From the NCBI RefSeq assembly GCF_006345805.1, contig NC_043003.1:76508001-76572000 (forward strand): a DNA stretch of 64,000 bases. Reading direction: 5' to 3'. The stretch is from Octopus sinensis. Its lineage: Eukaryota. Below are positions 58,797-64,000 of the stretch, in pieces. The notes below the pieces were generated by a model, which saw nothing but the letters and a program-made list of their open reading frames with translations, did not search any database and had not been told where the DNA came from. Each line of letters begins with the position of its first letter. The first letter of the stretch is position 1. The position numbers and the translations under genes are program-made.

Positions 58797-59650
58797 TGTA
58801 TGTATGTATGTATGTATGTATGTATGCATGCATGTATGTATGCAAGTATGTATACCATATACCATAGACCCATTATATAAATATGTGTGCAAGCATGATA
58901 TACGTGTGACTTTTATACGTACGTACGAATGACTGTAAGAGTAATGTAAAATATTACAGGCATTTGAAAACATTTTATTGTGATTTAGGTATAGAAACAT
59001 TTAATAATACAATCTTCCAACTGTAAGAGAATCTTTAAAGAGAATACGGCTCCGTATAGGCATAGACACACGCACACAAGTGTGTACGTTTATAAATTTG
59101 TGTCCGTGAGCATTTGCATGTTTATATGTATGTGTCTATACCTGTCTACATGCATTGAGGTGCACGCACATATGCACACATGTGTGGTTGCTCATGCTGA
59201 TTATCACGCGTTGCTGGCAGAAGCTTCAAGAAAATGTTGAGGCTGCTAGTCTGATTTTTTAAAGTTTTGGAATATAATATATAGATATCTATTCTTACAG
59301 AACAAAGAACCAGTCACATGTAAATACACGTAGTAACTACTTGTGTCATCAGACTAAATTTTATTATCATACTCGGAGAGGAGTTTGGTATATATACTAC
59401 TTCCTTCTGGCTTTATAACGTATATCACATAAATCTTTTATATATATATGTTAATATGTGTGTATATATATGTACATACATATGCATATACATGTATATA
59501 TATATGTGTGTGTATGTATGTGTGAATGTGCAGATACATATACATATACAGCTACATACTTATCTGCATTTATATGCATACTTATAACCGTAAGAAGATA
59601 TATATATATAAACATATATATATACATATGCATGTATGTATATACGTGTT

Positions 59651-59753
<103 letters not shown>

Positions 59754-60245
59754 TTCATATAAATATATGTGTATGTGTGTATACGTATTTGTTTATACAT
59801 ATATTTATAGATAGATTGATATATATATATATATGCTAGTATGTTTGTATGTATATATGCATGTATCTGTGTGTGAACGAACGTTTGCATGTATGTATTC
59901 GTTTACACTCTTACTCGCTAATACAGCAGACTCCTCCATGTAAATCATTGGTCCTCATGAAATGAAATCTTTCATGAATTCAATTCAGTTCTGCTGGTAG
60001 CGTGTTATTCTTTGTTTCTGATCGCTGATCGCATCTTAGCAACGAGAAACTCAGTGAAGAGAAGTAAACGTGAATTACTTGAAATTAAGGTACGAATGCT
60101 GAATATTTATTCAAGTGTTGTTCAAGTAATAATTTTAATACAGTCGATTTTGCTTGGAGTCCGTATGGCATGTGTCCGCCATTGCTCTTAAAGATTGTGG
60201 TTATCGTGTGCTATATATTGTTCCGTTGCTGAATAATTATCATTG

Positions 60246-60311
<66 letters not shown>

Positions 60312-60362
60312 TTATTATCATTATTATTATTATTATTATTATCATTATTATTATTATTATTA

Positions 60363-60408
<46 letters not shown>

Positions 60409-60779
60409 ATCTTTATCATCATCATCATCATAATTGTGTTTGCAAGGGAATAATGTCGGTTCCGATCTCAAAATATATTATTTATATAGTTTTCTTCTTT
60501 GCTTTTGATTTTGTTTTGAAGAAAGTTATTTTAGTTTTGCTGTACCATTTTATTTTTATACTAAATTGTATCCTCGGAAACTATACTTCTCTGTGAAACT
60601 TTTTCCCCTTTGAACCATTATTCCTTGATTGTTCTGTAATATTTACCCGCTTTAAAAACTAATAAGTAAGCATGGCGTCAAATATTCTGATAAAATGTCA
60701 GGGAAATGAGAGGAAGGATTAGAAGAGTTGTCTTGACCCTGCCTTCCCGCCTTTAAACAAGGTACTACCATCATTACTA

Positions 60780-61090
60780 TCTCCGAGACCACCATTTCCG
60801 ATGGAAATAACCACAGCAATAACAAAAAAAACAAGAAAGGTAAATATCTATTCGGTTATGGCTGCTGTTTTCTTGGACATGGAGAAATTTATGAGGCATA
60901 TATGTTTTCTTTTTTTTTTGTTTTCGTGAACAAAACAGAAGCTGTAAAAACAAATAGGCCAAGCCGACAGATGGAGCTTTTTATCCAAATGGATCACCAA
61001 AGTATGAATCAATCCCACAGTTAATTATTCTGCCAAACGACACAAAATTATATGTGGCCGCTAAGAATAGAAGTCTGAAGAATCATTTGT
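60780..61090 (+). pseudogene. Possible decayed Jockey/CR1-type RT fragment
   Basis: MAAVFLDMEKF and NDTKLY resemble AVFLDxxKAFD and ADDTKLY. Confidence 0.35.
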
Positions 61091-61491
61091 TTGATACAAA
61101 CTATCGCAACGTTTTCTGTTCGCAGCAAAGAAGGGAAAGAGACTTTGAGTTGTTTATGCTGTAACGCCTGAAGAAAGTTGAACATATGCATGGTAGTCCT
61201 GGGAACCTGCTGCTCTTTTAGTGCTTGCTGGCTACAGCAACACTGTTTACATGTCCGTTTGGATTGTATGTGATTAGCTCTATTGGAGAGGGGGCTTCAA
61301 AAGTTTGGCGATTCTGCTCAGATTTTCTAACTGCTTGAGAGATATCAATTGGATATCCGGGATGCCCCAACATGAACATGGACAAACCGCATTGAGTCAT
61401 CTGTATGGTATCTAGATAGAGTATTCAGTAAGCCACTAAGTAAGGAAACCATAGAGTATTCTGTAAGCCAGCGGGTAAGGAAGGCATAAGT

Positions 61492-61900
61492 TACTCTTTA
61501 CTCTTTTACTCTTTTATTTGTTTCAGTCATTTGACTGCGGCCGTGCTGGAGCACCGCCTTTAGTCGAGCAAATCGACTCCGGAACTTATTCTTTGTAAGC
61601 CCAGTACTTATTCTATCGGTATCTTTTGCCCAACCGCTAGGTGACGGGGACGTAAACACACCAGCATCGGTTGTCAAGCAATGCTAGTGGGACAAACACA
61701 CACACATATACATATATACATATATATATACATATAAACGACAGGCTTCTTTCAGTTTCCGTCTACCAAATCCACTCACAAGGCATTGGTCGGCCCGGGG
61801 CTATAGCAGAAGACACTTGCCCAAGATGCCACGCAGTGGGACTGAACCCGGAACCATGTGGTTGGTTAGCAAGCTACTTACCACACAGCCACTCCTGCGC
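61492..61900 (-). mobile_element. tRNA-derived SINE family B, full length
   Basis: Minus-strand head gcgcaggagtggctgtgtggtaag...ggttcagtccc with A/B-box-like motifs, an internal (TA/CA) tract and an (agagt/aagagt)-type tail. Confidence 0.9.
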
Positions 61901-61929
61901 AATCTTCGGCTAAACAGTGCAAAACTTTA

Positions 61930-62640
61930 TAATCTACATAGTTGATCAAGATATGCTTCGACAACAGGGATCCTGTTACTGGAAACTGAACACTTGCTGC
62001 CCGTATTAGAGATCGCATTAAGCGAATTAGCGAAGTGTACGTGACGAGAGCAGCAATAAGTGGCAGTCTACTCTAAAAAGAAGTATGGAGTAGGATCAAT
62101 AAAGTTCATAGACACAGAGAAAAATAGAGCAGGGAGTGATTTAGTTAAACGCTTAGAAGAGTCGCTTAAGAAAGACACTCCAACCGACGTTTTAGCGGTG
62201 CGATTAACCTTCGAACAAGTATTCAAAGCGAAGAACGATTGCTCATTGTCACAGTTGAGGCACGTCTTCTAAAACACTTGAGGATTAAAGATGTTCAATG
62301 AGTCGAATCAGACCCCAGTTGACCTCAATCAGATGTGAAGTGTTTTTCAGAAGCACTTCATTCGACTGGTCTACACAAAGAGTAGGCTGCAGCACAGGAT
62401 GGATTTCAATCTCTGCCTCGGCGGCCTGCCACAATTCTCAGCAAGAGAAGTGGCGTAACACTAATGAGCCATACAGCTGCTGAATCAGGGATGGATTCGT
62501 CGATTTGCGGCGTCCAAATACTCAAATTAAACTGTTCTTCCCCACGTGTTAACTTTAATATGCCAGTATCTTTCATCCAGTAATGAGGTATCAAGCCAAA
62601 AGCTTGATAATCTATCCACACTCCGTGTCTCTTACAATTT
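61930..62640 (+). pseudogene. L1-clade (Tx1-like) ORF2 relic
   Basis: QGSCYWKLNTC; DLVKRLEESLKKDTPTDVLAVRL; FQKHFIRL; LGGLPQFSARE. Confidence 0.65.
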
Positions 62641-63027
62641 CGTGTTACAGTGATATTGATGTGTAGTTGATCTTTTGTACTTTTTGTGTCTCTTCAACAC
62701 CACTTTCGTTCTTCATGTAAACGTTTCCTTCTTTCGAACGCAATTGGGCCAGTCAAAAGGTTTCACATCTGAGAAAGACGTGATAAGTTTATAGTTACCG
62801 ACCTCATCAACTTCACCAAATCGTCTTGTCAGATATTACAAATAACAAAACAATATCTTTCTCAAATTACATTCGACAGTCTTGAAATGCAACGACACCT
62901 TGAACATAACATTTGGTATACATATTTATCCATTCGCCACCTATGGAGGCTTTTGGTACGTTGTTGATGATTTGTCGGCTTGACAAGGGCTGAGCTGCAG
63001 CTAAATACTAGAAACTTACAATATATA

Positions 63028-63336
63028 CAATGTTATTGTTTGTTCCTTCTCGAGCCATGCCTGATTCATAGGGCCGCTTTCCCGGTTTCCTTGGCGTATA
63101 GGTTCCCCGCCTGGACGAGACGCCAGCCCGTTGCAGGCGCGCTGCAAAATGCAGGAGGAAAGAGTGAGAGAAAGTTGTGGTGAAAGAGTCAGCAGAAGTT
63201 CACCATTACCTCCTGCCGGAGTTGTATGGAGCTTAGGTGTTTCGCTCATAAACACACACATCACTCGATCTGAGATTCGAACCCGCGATCCCTCGACCAC
63301 GAGTCCGCCTTTCTAACCACTAGGCTATGTGCCTCC
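63028..63336 (-). mobile_element. tRNA-derived SINE with a 10-bp TSD; shares its 5' half with the SINE at 23529
   Basis: Head ggaggcacatagcctagtggttag...gggttcgaatctc; acaatatata at 63018-63027 and 63337-63346. Confidence 0.85.
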
Positions 63337-64000
63337 ACAATATATATTATAGTTATTTAAAAATATTTTGGACTCAAACACCACCAACCTGTAGTTGCTT
63401 TTTCAATTCTTATAGATAGCTAATATAGATTATCAGTCGTATAATGAGCTTTGTTCAACGGAAAATACTCAGTAACACATTCATTGCATAATGCGGTATT
63501 ATGTGGTGATAATATAATGCAGTGAATGAGCAAATATTAATTAATTAAAATGACACTTGTTATGAAGAAAAATTATCATTAGTTCCATGATAAAATGTTA
63601 TAGAATGACAAGAGATACAGTTAATAATCTGTTTTAACCAAGTATAACGCAACGAAATGGTACTTACAAATCTACTGTTATATCTAATATTTAGCAGTCA
63701 GAAAAAGCATGTGTCGAAAGAATATTTACACTGAAGATTGAATAATGATAATTATTAATTACTATATTAATTTAGGGAACTAACATTTGCATGCATATTA
63801 CATTCATGTACACATTTTAATTTTGGAAAAGGTGTGTACCGCACAAGCGCCATGCTAGATACAACACTGAGCATATCTGGTGCCACTCTTGATATTTAAG
63901 CTAGCGCATGCAGCTTTAAAAATCAACACCAAATATATCAAGTAGGATATGTATAACATATATGCGAATATTTTCCTTTTAGTTGTTTCAGTAATGATAC

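Overview
AT-rich, microsatellite-dense eukaryotic DNA. I infer a cephalopod (octopus-like) genome from the SINE families and repeat density, recognised from memory and not confirmed by a search. No host protein-coding gene can be named; nearly all long ORFs in the track are translations of simple repeats. The window is mostly decayed mobile elements. These include four or five fragments of RLE-type (Dong/R4-like) non-LTR retrotransposons, two L1/Tx1-like relics and a CR1-like 3' end. It also holds a maT-like DD37D Tc1/mariner element with TIRs and a TA TSD, a mariner 5' fragment, a Merlin/IS1595-like transposase relic, and many SINEs, several with clear TSDs. The most interesting signal is a set of fold-back palindromes (479 bp and 165 bp) whose arms each carry a type I hammerhead ribozyme motif. 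Variant and decayed hammerhead-like motifs occur in related repeats. This architecture matches the terminal repeats of Penelope-like elements. A few short plus-strand exon candidates with good splice sites could belong to an unidentified gene with very long introns. Boundaries of decayed elements are approximate.
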